This document shows, piece after piece, positions 1-8,923 of a stretch of DNA of 58,197 bases (position 1 is its first letter; each line of letters opens with the position of its first letter). A program made the translations under genes and the position numbers. Origin of the DNA: Patescibacteria group bacterium (GTDB taxonomy: Bacteria > Patescibacteriota > Patescibacteriia > UBA1558 > GWA2-36-10). The stretch is from assembly GCA_041665545.1 (NCBI GenBank), contig JBAYIQ010000005.1, positions 1 to 58,197 of the forward strand, in the 5' to 3' direction. The notes beneath the pieces were generated by a model, which was not told the origin of the DNA, did no database searches, and saw nothing but the letters and a program-made list of their open reading frames with translations.

Positions 1-244
1 AATCGTTACCAAATACACCTCAAAGAGGTGCAATTACGTTACAACACTCGCAATCCTCAGAAACTACGCTTACTTGTTAGAAAAATGTTACGTTTTGATG
101 ATAAATAGTAGGCCAGACCGCTTTGACAAGGGGGCTTATTCCTCTTCCCAAACACTTCAAGAGGGCTAGATGTTCCTCCCCTGTCAAGGGGAGGTTGGAG
201 GGGTTAAAAGATTGGGCTAGTAAAGTTTTTCAACAAAAAGAAAA

Positions 245-266
245 GCTCAGTCCCCGTGGACTGAGC
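245..266 (-). terminator. Rho-independent terminator hairpin downstream of the Cys-rich ORF
   Basis: Stem gctcagtcc/ggactgagc with a 4-nt loop. A T-run follows on the minus strand (plus-strand caacaaaaagaaaag). Confidence 0.5.
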
Positions 267-286
267 CTGTGATTGGAAAGACCGTG

Positions 287-538
287 CTACTCGGTCTTCT
301 GAGAAGCCAGAAAGACCGAGCAGTGTTTGTGATGCTCTCCCATGCAGCCATTCTTGATGCGGTGCCCGCAAACGCAGGTACTGCAACAAGGCAAACAGTG
401 CTTGGCCATGGACTGGCCGTCACTGCCTATGGTGTGGCACAGACAAAAGCATTCGTGTGGATCGACATAGCAACTGTCGCTGGAGCCCATCCTCAACTTG
501 TCGGCGATCAAGTCGCCAATTGGCTTAAGGTTGCGCAT
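287..538 (-). CDS. Small Cys/His-rich protein (83 aa); possible metal-binding protein or RiPP-like precursor
   Basis: AGGAGG lies 6 nt upstream of the ATG (minus strand gaggaggtcagtaATG). There are 10 Cys and several His in 83 aa, and no N-terminal hydrophobic segment. The locus is visibly GC-rich relative to its flanks and has a terminator downstream. Confidence 0.5.
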   Translation of the reverse strand: MRNLKPIGDLIADKLRMGSSDSCYVDPHECFCLCHTIGSDGQSMAKHCLPCCSTCVCGHRIKNGCMGEHHKHCSVFLASQKTE

Positions 539-640
539 TACTGACCTCCTCTCTTAGTTTTGAATTTCTTGGAAGAACCTATTAATAACGATAGCTTATC
601 GTCTAAAAAAACAAATGTCAATAAAAAAAACGCCGGCTGA

Positions 641-683
641 AGAACCGACCCGCGAGGTCGACGCGACCTCGCGGGTCGGTTCT
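641..683. terminator. Perfect ~20-bp inverted repeat hairpin (agaaccgacccgcgaggtcg / cgacctcgcgggtcggttct)
   Basis: Seen directly in the sequence. It is GC-rich and lies at the right edge of GC-rich islet A. Confidence 0.45.
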
Positions 684-699
684 TTTCACAAAACAAAAA

Positions 700-730
700 C
701 CCCCGCACTACTAGGCGGGGGTTTTATTTT
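700..730. terminator. Bidirectional rho-independent terminator
   Basis: Stem cccccgc/gcggggg with a T-run after it on the plus strand and an A-run before it. It lies just downstream of minus-strand ORF 738..1268. Confidence 0.6.
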
Positions 731-737
731 AACTTTT

Positions 738-1268
738 TTATTTATAACTATTAATCATTTCCATGACCTTGGAGTCGGACGGCAGATCTTCAAAACCGAA
801 AACTTTTTGGCGATTGACTGCTAGCCAGCCAGCAGAGTCATCTCCTCGTTTTTTAAGAACCTCTACACTTTCGGTGCTCGGCTCTCCTCCTTCTTCGGTC
901 GCTGGCTTGTCCACAGTTTGCGTATCAATAAAATAGACATCACTAAGATAAATATTGTACGCATCTTCTTTGGCAACTTTGGCATAATATACTATGTTAT
1001 TTTCTAAATAAATTATTTTATAACCAGCTTCGGCGACTGGCTTCTTGGTCTTCTGCTTGTCAAACATTAAAAAAGCAGACAAGGCCAAAATCAGGATAAT
1101 TAGTAGTAGATAAACTCCGGTAAAATTTTTCTTTTTACCAGTATTGGATTTGCGAGCCACAAAATCTTCAAATTCCATTATTTCCGGCTCGGCTTTTAAT
1201 CTGGTAGTTTCTTTTTTAGTGGTGCTTTTTGCGCGAGGCATAAATTTGTGTTTAATTGCTAATATCAT
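738..1268 (-). CDS. Hypothetical membrane-anchored protein (176 aa)
   Basis: Six-frame ORF with a basic N-terminus and a single hydrophobic helix (VYLLLIILILALSAFLMF). No recognisable domain. Confidence 0.5.
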   Translation of the reverse strand: MILAIKHKFMPRAKSTTKKETTRLKAEPEIMEFEDFVARKSNTGKKKNFTGVYLLLIILILALSAFLMFDKQKTKKPVAEAGYKIIYLENNIVYYAKVAKEDAYNIYLSDVYFIDTQTVDKPATEEGGEPSTESVEVLKKRGDDSAGWLAVNRQKVFGFEDLPSDSKVMEMINSYK

Positions 1269-1323
1269 AGCAGATATTTTAAAATTTTACAAAATTAATT
1301 GTCTGTACTAATATATAATCAAG

Positions 1324-2397
1324 ATGAAGAAGGGCGATTTTTATTTTTATTTACTTTCCCAGGCCAAAATATCGGCTCGTCTTTTTTGGCGACTACAAAG
1401 CTCTTTTGTTGACAGTAAAAGCATTGTCGACAAGGCCAAGATTGACAATCCCCTAATTCCAGCCAAGCTAGCCCAAGAAATCAAACGAGTTTGCGTGGAA
1501 GAAGAATCTCTGGCCCAAAAATTCGAACAACTAGAAAATTATTTTACTATTTTGGATGATTGCTACCCCAAATTACTCAAACAGATCTATGATCCACCTT
1601 TATTTTTATTTTATTCCGGAAATCTAGAGTTATTAAAAAGTGACTATCTGCTCAGCATGGTTGGCTCGCGGCACACCACGCATTATCACCAGCAAGCAAG
1701 CGAAAACATAATTGGCGAATTGGCTGGCTCGCCACTAATAATAGTCAGTGGCTTGGCCATGGGTCTTGACGCTATCTGCCACCAAACGGCTTTGAAAAAT
1801 AATTTACCAACTATCGCTGTCTTGGGCTCGGGAATGGATCAAGCCAGTTTTTATCCTAAAATAAATTTTGCTTTAGGACAGGAAATAATAAAACAAAATG
1901 GTTTGATATTGTCGGAGTACCCCAATGGCACCAAACCAGCCCTGCATCACTTCCCCAGACGCAATCGAATATTAGCGGGTTTGAGTCGAACCACGGTCGT
2001 GCTCTCTGGCGCTCTGAAATCTGGGACACTAATCACAGCTCAAGTGGCCTTGGATGAAGGACGAGAAGTATTTGCTTTGCCGGGCAATATCAACCAAAGC
2101 TTGTGCCATGGTCCTAACAAATTACTGCAAAACGGCGCCCACATCCTACTGTCTGGCCAAGATATTCTGAATTTCTATGAACTCACCGGACAAAGTAAAT
2201 TGCCAATTTTAAACAACATCTTCACTAATAACGAAAAAATAATTGTGGATTTATTGAATATTGAACCCTTAAATTTGGAAAGTTTGATCAACAAAATATC
2301 CTGGCCTTTGCCCACCCTACAAGCCACTTTATCGTCCTTGGAAATAAAAAATATTATCCAAACAAATAACGATGGACAAATAGAATTAAAATGGTAG
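1324..2397 (+). CDS. dprA: DNA processing protein DprA (Smf)
   Basis: Rossmann-like DprA core motifs (LSMVGSRHTT..., IIVSGLAMGLDAICHQ, LPGNINQS) in a 357-aa product. Confidence 0.85.
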   Translation: MKKGDFYFYLLSQAKISARLFWRLQSSFVDSKSIVDKAKIDNPLIPAKLAQEIKRVCVEEESLAQKFEQLENYFTILDDCYPKLLKQIYDPPLFLFYSGNLELLKSDYLLSMVGSRHTTHYHQQASENIIGELAGSPLIIVSGLAMGLDAICHQTALKNNLPTIAVLGSGMDQASFYPKINFALGQEIIKQNGLILSEYPNGTKPALHHFPRRNRILAGLSRTTVVLSGALKSGTLITAQVALDEGREVFALPGNINQSLCHGPNKLLQNGAHILLSGQDILNFYELTGQSKLPILNNIFTNNEKIIVDLLNIEPLNLESLINKISWPLPTLQATLSSLEIKNIIQTNNDGQIELKW

Positions 2398-2470
2398 GAC
2401 TTGATAATTTTTTTACTTTGTTGTATAGTCAGCGAAATTATGTCATAATTTGTTTAAATCAAATTAGTTT

Positions 2471-4663
2471 ATGTCAAAATTAATTATTGTCGAGTCCCCA
2501 ACCAAAGCCAAAACTATCAGTGGTTTTTTGGGAAAAGAATATAAAGTGGAGTCTTCCTATGGCCATGTCCGAGATTTGCCTGTCAGCAAGCTCGGTGTTG
2601 ACGTGGAAAATAATTTCGAACCCACCTATGCCGTGCCAACCAAAGCCAAAAAAACCGTGGCCAATTTGAAAAAATTAGCCAGTAAGGCCGAGATGGTCTA
2701 CTTCGCGACTGACGAAGACCGTGAAGGAGAAGCTATTAGCTGGCACTTACAAGCATTGCTTGGTGTACCCGTCAAAAAGCAAAAAAGAATTGCTTTTCAT
2801 GAAATTACCAAAAAAGCTATTCAACAGGCCTTGGAAAATCCCCGCGACTTGGATAGTTTTTTGGTTGATGCTCAACAAGCGCGTCGCATCCTTGATCGCC
2901 TAGTCGGCTACAAGCTCTCTCCTCTACTTTGGAAAAAAGTAGCCAGAGGTCTATCAGCCGGACGCGTGCAATCAGTGGCTGTCCGATTGATAGTAGAAAG
3001 AGAAGACGAAATCAAAAAATTCGTGGCCCAAGAATATTGGACCATCGAGGGGCAAGCTGAACATGATAAGCAAGATTTCAAAATAACTGTCTTCCAACAT
3101 CAGGGCAAAACTTTGGATAAATTTGATTTGGATAAAACCAAAGCCGAAACTGCGGTTCGTGAAATAACTCCAGCCAAACTATTGGTCAGACAAGTAGAAG
3201 CCAGAGAAATCAACAAAAAGCCAGCTAGCCCTTTTACCACCTCCACCCTCCAACAAGATGCCAACCGTCGTTTTGGCTACTCGGCCAAGCAAACTATGAT
3301 GCTGGCTCAACAGCTATATGAAGGTGTGCATTTGGGCAGTGAAGGACATGGCGGTTTGATTACTTACATGCGTACTGACTCCCAAAATTTGTCCGCTGAC
3401 TTTGTGACGTCAGCTAATGAATGGATTGTCAAAAACTTTGGTGAGCAATATGCTAGTCAGGGCGGACGCAAATATCGCACCAAAGCCAAGCTAGCCCAAG
3501 AAGCCCATGAGGCCATCCGTCCAACTGATGTGACCAACACGCCTGACAAAGTAAAAGAATATTTGGATAGCCGCCAACACAAATTGTACTCCCTGATCTG
3601 GCAACGCTCTGTGGCTTCCCAAATGGTTGATGCCACTTTAGAAACCACTTCAGTAATAATTGACGCTAAAAACACGGAGTGGACTTTGAAAGCCACTGGC
3701 TCAGTAATCAAATTCCCTGGCTGGCAAAAAGTATATGCCACTGGCAGTGAAGAAAATATTTTACCAGCGCTCAAAGAAAACGATCAGGTGAACTTAAAAA
3801 ATCTGGATGCTCTGCAACACTTTACCATGCCACCTGCTCGCTACTCAGAAGCTGGCCTAGTCCACGCCATGGAAAAACTCGGCATTGGCCGACCTTCTAC
3901 CTATGCCCCGACTATTGCCACTATCGTGGAAAGAAAATATGTTGATAAAATAGAAAAAAGATTGGCCCCCACAGAAATTGGCACTGTGGTCAATAAACTT
4001 CTAGTGGAACACTTCCCCGATATAGTTGACTACAACTTTACAGCCGAGATGGAAAATGACTTAGACAAAATTGCTGAGGGCAAGAAAAAATGGCAACCAG
4101 TGATAAAAGAATTTTATGAACCATTTGCAAGACAATTAGCTATGAAAGAAAAAGAAATAGACAAAAAAGAAATTACAGAAACAGCCACTGACGAAATTTG
4201 CGAAAAATGCGCTTCGCCAATGGTTATCAAACTTGGCCGCTTTGGCAGGTTCTTAGCTTGCACCAATTATCCGGATTGCAAGAATACCAAGCCCCTAGGA
4301 GAAAACGGTGAAGCCCAAGAGCCAGAAAAAACTGACGAAGTCTGCCCCAAATGCAACTCGCCCATGATTTTCAAAACCGGGCGCTTTGGCAAATTCTTGG
4401 CCTGCTCTAATTATCCCGAATGCAAAACCACCAAGCGCGTGGAGCAAGGTACTGGCGTCATCTGCCCCAAGTGCAACAAGGGCGAGATGGTCGCTCGCAA
4501 AGGACGTGGCGGAAAATTCTTCTACACCTGCAACAAATATCCAGAATGTCAGCATATCACTTGGAGTAAACCAACTGGCGAGTACTGTCCCGAATGCAAA
4601 CAACTCTTAATCGCTGGACCAAAAGACACAGTCAAGTGCGAAGCTTGCGATTATACTAAATAA
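2471..4663 (+). CDS. topA: DNA topoisomerase I with C-terminal zinc-ribbon repeats
   Basis: Toprim N-terminus LIIVESPTKAKTI...SYGHVRDLP. Four C-terminal CxxC...CxxC zinc ribbons. 730 aa. Confidence 0.95.
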   Translation: MSKLIIVESPTKAKTISGFLGKEYKVESSYGHVRDLPVSKLGVDVENNFEPTYAVPTKAKKTVANLKKLASKAEMVYFATDEDREGEAISWHLQALLGVPVKKQKRIAFHEITKKAIQQALENPRDLDSFLVDAQQARRILDRLVGYKLSPLLWKKVARGLSAGRVQSVAVRLIVEREDEIKKFVAQEYWTIEGQAEHDKQDFKITVFQHQGKTLDKFDLDKTKAETAVREITPAKLLVRQVEAREINKKPASPFTTSTLQQDANRRFGYSAKQTMMLAQQLYEGVHLGSEGHGGLITYMRTDSQNLSADFVTSANEWIVKNFGEQYASQGGRKYRTKAKLAQEAHEAIRPTDVTNTPDKVKEYLDSRQHKLYSLIWQRSVASQMVDATLETTSVIIDAKNTEWTLKATGSVIKFPGWQKVYATGSEENILPALKENDQVNLKNLDALQHFTMPPARYSEAGLVHAMEKLGIGRPSTYAPTIATIVERKYVDKIEKRLAPTEIGTVVNKLLVEHFPDIVDYNFTAEMENDLDKIAEGKKKWQPVIKEFYEPFARQLAMKEKEIDKKEITETATDEICEKCASPMVIKLGRFGRFLACTNYPDCKNTKPLGENGEAQEPEKTDEVCPKCNSPMIFKTGRFGKFLACSNYPECKTTKRVEQGTGVICPKCNKGEMVARKGRGGKFFYTCNKYPECQHITWSKPTGEYCPECKQLLIAGPKDTVKCEACDYTK

Positions 4664-4753
4664 AATACAAAAAAGACTTGGGAATGACCTAGGTCTTTTT
4701 CTTTTTATTGTATATTTGAACTTTTCCCCTAAAAATACTATGATAAGGGCTAT

Positions 4754-6193
4754 ATGGCTACAGTAACATTTGAGGATTTAAGGGAAATACTAGCTGACAA
4801 CTATCCGGGTGAAGACATTGGTGTCATCATCAAGGCTTTTCATTTTGCTTCTGAAGCGCACAAAGGCCAAAAAAGAAACACTGGCGAGGACTATATTTAT
4901 CACGCGCTAGCCACGGCTTACAACCTAGCCAAGATGCGTATGGATATACCCTCTATCGCCGCCGGGCTCTTACATGATGTGCCAGAAGATACTGATTTTA
5001 CTTTTGAAGAAATAAAAAATAATTTTGGCTCAGAAATATATTATTTAGTAAAAGGCGTCACCAAGCTAGGAACTTTGAAATACAGAGGCCTGGAGCGCTA
5101 TGCTGAAAATTTACGCAAAATGTTTTTGGCCATGTCCAAAGATTTGCGCGTCATCATCATCAAGCTAGCCGACAGATTGCACAACATGGAAACCCTAGAA
5201 GGTGTGCGACCAGAAAAACGTTTGCGCATTGCCCAAGAAACCATGGAAATTTTTGCGCCTATTGCCAACCGCTTGGGAATGTTTCGCATCAAAATTGAAC
5301 TAGAAGATCTGGCCTTCCCCTATGTCTATCCCGAAGAATACAAATGGGTGTCTGAACTAGTGCAAGACCGCCTGAAGACCGAAAGCAAATATATTGAAAA
5401 AATAAAAAAAACTACTCAAAAAGATTTGGCTAGACATAATATACCCTACATAATCATCAAAGGGCGAGTCAAAAGCTTGTACGGCATTTACCAAAAAATG
5501 ATCCGCAAGAATAAAGATATCAATAAAGTTTATGACTTGATTGCCTTGAGAATTACAGTCAATGATATTCCTGATTGCTACTTGGTGCTTGGTATCATCC
5601 ACAAACGCTGGACGCCCTTGAAAGGCCGAGTCAAAGATTATATTGCTCAACCAAAACCCAATGGCTACCAGTCATTGCACACTTCAGTCTTTACCGAATT
5701 TGGCAAAGTAGCCGAATTCCAAATTCGCACGCGTGCTATGGATGACGAAGCCGAATATGGTGTGGCCGCTCACAGCCGTTATAAGGAAATTGGCATTTTG
5801 GGCAAAAGAAAAAAGCCACCCAAATGGCTACAAGATTTGATGGAGATTCAAAAAACTATTACTGACAATACTGAATTTATCAAACATATAAAAAATGATC
5901 TGTTTGCCAATCAAATTTTTGTCTTTACTCCCAAAGGCGATGTCATTGAGTTGCCAGAAAATTCTACTCCTTTGGATTTTGCTTATCATATCCACACTGA
6001 CATCGGCACCCAATGCATTGGCGCCAAAATCAACGAGCAGATTGCCTCTCTGGACACACCCTTGAAGTCTGGTGATGTGATTGAAATTTTGATCAACAAA
6101 AGCCGGAAGTATCCCAATCCTGATTGGCTGGATATTGTAGTCACTAATTTAGCAAAAAACAAAATCCGCAGTCAGTTGAAGAATAAGATGTAA
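4754..6193 (+). CDS. rel: Rel/SpoT-family (p)ppGpp synthetase/hydrolase, short form (HD + synthetase + TGS; no C-terminal ACT region)
   Basis: HD motif HKGQKR...HD, the synthetase region and a TGS-like segment (FVFTPKGDVIELP...). The protein is 479 aa whereas canonical Rel is about 700 aa. Confidence 0.8.
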   Translation: MATVTFEDLREILADNYPGEDIGVIIKAFHFASEAHKGQKRNTGEDYIYHALATAYNLAKMRMDIPSIAAGLLHDVPEDTDFTFEEIKNNFGSEIYYLVKGVTKLGTLKYRGLERYAENLRKMFLAMSKDLRVIIIKLADRLHNMETLEGVRPEKRLRIAQETMEIFAPIANRLGMFRIKIELEDLAFPYVYPEEYKWVSELVQDRLKTESKYIEKIKKTTQKDLARHNIPYIIIKGRVKSLYGIYQKMIRKNKDINKVYDLIALRITVNDIPDCYLVLGIIHKRWTPLKGRVKDYIAQPKPNGYQSLHTSVFTEFGKVAEFQIRTRAMDDEAEYGVAAHSRYKEIGILGKRKKPPKWLQDLMEIQKTITDNTEFIKHIKNDLFANQIFVFTPKGDVIELPENSTPLDFAYHIHTDIGTQCIGAKINEQIASLDTPLKSGDVIEILINKSRKYPNPDWLDIVVTNLAKNKIRSQLKNKM

Positions 6194-6249
6194 AAAAAGA
6201 GACCCTATTTTAACCCGGGTCTCATAGAGAGGGTTGGCGGTTGACGCCA

Positions 6250-6609
6250 TCAAAGGAGAGCTCGCCCAGTAGTACGCATCGGTATCTTCCCGATCATTTG
6301 TGTCAGGAAGAAGAAGATCGTGAAGGAGATAATCAGTGGTACGCACATTTGAAAAGTGGATGTTATCGCCATCATATAGATGAGCAAAAAACAAGCGAGC
6401 GTAATGACGATCAGAGAGGTTAGTGCCGCGAAACAGAACCTCCACGACAACGTCGACAGAGCTATCCCCCAAAGCGTCCCGGTTGCTGTGCCAAAGAGGG
6501 CGAAGGTTGTGTAATTGCATATCACGTTGTCGTTGAACACGTCGATGAAAATGCCGACGATGGTCAGCGTCGCCAACAGACTCAGGATGATAAGCGCGAG
6601 CGTCTTCAT
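6250..6609 (-). CDS. Small secreted/membrane protein (119 aa) in GC-rich islet B
   Basis: AGGAG RBS 7 nt before MKTLALIILSLLATLTIVGIF, which looks like a signal peptide or TM helix. Local GC is higher than the flanks. The alternative overlapping frame 6149..6640 was rejected. Confidence 0.45.
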   Translation of the reverse strand: MKTLALIILSLLATLTIVGIFIDVFNDNVICNYTTFALFGTATGTLWGIALSTLSWRFCFAALTSLIVITLACFLLIYMMAITSTFQMCVPLIISFTIFFFLTQMIGKIPMRTTGRALL

Positions 6610-6740
6610 GGTAGTTCTCCTCATTTGAGGAACAAACCATAGGCTGAACTGCCTAATTTTTGGTTTTCAAAGTATTATATCATATATAGTACATTTTGTC
6701 AAGCCAAACCTAAAAATAGCCATTTTTGGCTATTCGCACA

Positions 6741-6828
6741 GTCATTCTGGAGCGAAGCGATAGAATCCATAAGTTTAACTTATGCTTGTAGATTCTATCG
6801 GCTCCCTTCGGGAGCCTCCAGAATGACG
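6741..6828. terminator. Nested multi-stem inverted-repeat element downstream of parB
   Basis: Three nested inverted repeats: gtcattctggag/ctccagaatgac (12 bp), gatagaatc/gattctatc (9 bp) and cataagt/acttatg (7 bp), plus a ggctccc-ttc-gggagcc hairpin. Confidence 0.4.
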
Positions 6829-6844
6829 ATAAAATGCTAAAATT

Positions 6845-7723
6845 TTACTCCTGCAATTTATTTAGTAGATTTTTTAATTCTTCGTGAGAATAAAAATCAA
6901 TCACAATTTGACCGCGCTCGCCTCTTTTTTTGATAGAAACTTTGGCGCCAAGATTCTTGGCTAGTTTATCTTCATAAGCCACGAGAATAGGATCTTGTTT
7001 TTTTTCATTTTTATCTTTGAGCACCGTGCGGTGTGCTAACTCGTCTAGCTGTTTGACCGTCAAATCCGAGTGCAATATTTTTTTGAAAATTTTAATTTGT
7101 TCGGTCTTACCGGGGTAGCTCAAAATTATTTTGGCATGAGAAAAAGTTATTTTGTTTTCCGCTAACGCTTCTTTGATAACAATAGGTAATTGCAGTACTC
7201 GCAACATATTGGCAATGGTCGAGGGACTTTTGCTGACTTGCTTGGCAATGTCTTCTTGTGACAAACCAAACTCCTCCATCAGCCGTTTGTAACTGCCAGC
7301 TTCTTCCAGACAGTTGAGGTCATGACGCTGAATATTTTCGATGATTGATAATTCCAGCTTGTCGCGATCTGATACTTCTTTGATAATGACCGGCACCTCA
7401 GTCATGTTCAAAAGTTGCGCGGCCTTCAAGCGCCGCTCACCAGCAATCAACTGCCAAGTATCTCCCACTCTGGTTACCACCAATGGCTGGATGATGCCGT
7501 GCTTTTTGATTGACTCAGCCAGTTCATTGAGCTTGTCATGATCAAAGTTGGTTCTGGGTTGCCACGGATTAGCGCTGACCTTGTCTATTGGCACAGTGAT
7601 TACTTGCTGACCGCTGGGTGTTTCATCATCACTAAAAGTATGCGCTGAAAAATAATCACGCGCGTTGTTTGATTTTCCTTTGTTGGGTATCAATGCCCCT
7701 AAACCTTTACCTAAAGCTGACAT
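6845..7723 (-). CDS. parB: Chromosome partitioning protein ParB (Spo0J)
   Basis: ParB box LIAGERRLKAA. HTH region GLSQEDIAKQVSKSPSTIANMLRVL. Confidence 0.9.
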   Translation of the reverse strand: MSALGKGLGALIPNKGKSNNARDYFSAHTFSDDETPSGQQVITVPIDKVSANPWQPRTNFDHDKLNELAESIKKHGIIQPLVVTRVGDTWQLIAGERRLKAAQLLNMTEVPVIIKEVSDRDKLELSIIENIQRHDLNCLEEAGSYKRLMEEFGLSQEDIAKQVSKSPSTIANMLRVLQLPIVIKEALAENKITFSHAKIILSYPGKTEQIKIFKKILHSDLTVKQLDELAHRTVLKDKNEKKQDPILVAYEDKLAKNLGAKVSIKKRGERGQIVIDFYSHEELKNLLNKLQE

Positions 7724-7737
7724 AAATTTTAGTTAAA

Positions 7738-7760
7738 AGTAGAAAGTATAAAGTAGAAAG
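7738..7760. repeat. Tandem heptamer AGTA(G/T)AA x3 in the parA-parB intergenic region
   Basis: Sequence aaagtagaaagtataaagtagaaag. The same motif recurs in both orientations between groES and groEL. Confidence 0.35.
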
Positions 7761-7820
7761 TTTTTATAGTTTATTAAATAAAATACTTTTGGCTCTATAA
7801 TTTTACTTATTATTTTATAT

Positions 7821-8591
7821 TTATTTATTTTGATTATGCCACAATATTTCTTGAGCCAATCTCTTGTAGGCCTTGGAGCCAGCTGATTCCAAATCATAAT
7901 CCTTGATGGACAAGCCATGTGATGGGGCTTCGGCCATACGGACATTGCGTGGAATTACTGTCCGAAAAATTCGCTCGGGAAAAAATTTATACAACTCTTG
8001 AAAAACAGCGTTGGATAATTTGTTGCGACTATCGTACATGGTCATGACCGCACCCAATATTTTCAAATCTGGCTGTAAATGCTCTTTGATAAGATTGATG
8101 GTGTTCAAAAGCTGAGACAAGCCCTCCAAAGCATAATACTCACACTGCACTGGAATCAAAACTTCTCTGGCGGCCACCAAGCCATTGATAGTCAGCAAAC
8201 CCAAAGATGGTGGATTATCAATCAAAATATAATCATATAGATCAACTACTTCTTGCAAATTTTCATGCAATCTATATTCACGATTAGCTTCATTGACTAG
8301 ATCTACAGCCGCGCCAGCCAAATCCGGAGTACTAGGCGCCAGATGAAAATTGGGTTGATGAGCTTTTATCACTTCACCAATTCTGGTATTAGGGTCAATC
8401 AAAACTTCATAAATGCCTTTACTTACTTCGCGAGGATTAATACCCAAGCCCGAAGAAGCATTGCCTTGAGGATCAATGTCCACTATCAAAACCTTCTGGC
8501 CAAATTCTTTAAGCCAAGCAGCCAAATTGATGGTGGTGGTGGTTTTTCCAACACCGCCTTTTTGATTTACTACTGAGATAATCCGAGCCAT
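7821..8591 (-). CDS. parA: ParA/Soj partitioning ATPase
   Basis: Deviant Walker A motif NQKGGVGKTTT. 256 aa. Lies upstream of parB. Confidence 0.9.
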   Translation of the reverse strand: MARIISVVNQKGGVGKTTTTINLAAWLKEFGQKVLIVDIDPQGNASSGLGINPREVSKGIYEVLIDPNTRIGEVIKAHQPNFHLAPSTPDLAGAAVDLVNEANREYRLHENLQEVVDLYDYILIDNPPSLGLLTINGLVAAREVLIPVQCEYYALEGLSQLLNTINLIKEHLQPDLKILGAVMTMYDSRNKLSNAVFQELYKFFPERIFRTVIPRNVRMAEAPSHGLSIKDYDLESAGSKAYKRLAQEILWHNQNK

Positions 8592-8646
8592 AAATACCCT
8601 TTCAAGCTACCCTTATTATACTAGATTCAAGACAATCTCTCAATCA

Positions 8647-8922
8647 TCAACCATTTTTGCTAGTATAAAAAAACCGACCAACCAGCCAACCCAAACACCA
8701 GCCGGCTACTCCACCACCCAATATGTATAACTCTGACCAATCGTGCAAATAATAATTACAATAAAAAAATGCTGCCGCAAAACCAATCATTGTTCCTTTT
8801 ATGCAATAAGAAATAGTGAACTGCGAAATTTTGTAGGCCTCGCTATGTTCTTTGGGACCAAAATTTTCTTGGGGTTTTGGTTTTTCTTTATTTATAATAT
8901 GCAGTGGTGGTTTGTAAGCCAT
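8647..8922 (-). CDS. Hypothetical small membrane protein (91 aa)
   Basis: Six-frame ORF with two hydrophobic helices. Tightly coupled to the downstream M23 peptidase gene. Confidence 0.4.
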   Translation of the reverse strand: MAYKPPLHIINKEKPKPQENFGPKEHSEAYKISQFTISYCIKGTMIGFAAAFFYCNYYLHDWSELYILGGGVAGWCLGWLVGRFFYTSKNG

Positions 8923-8923
8923 A

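Noticed and set aside
6149-6640. 163-aa minus-strand ORF in islet B (alternative frame)
   Set aside because: His/Arg-rich low-complexity product without an RBS. The overlapping frame 6250..6609 has an AGGAG RBS and a clear signal/TM segment.
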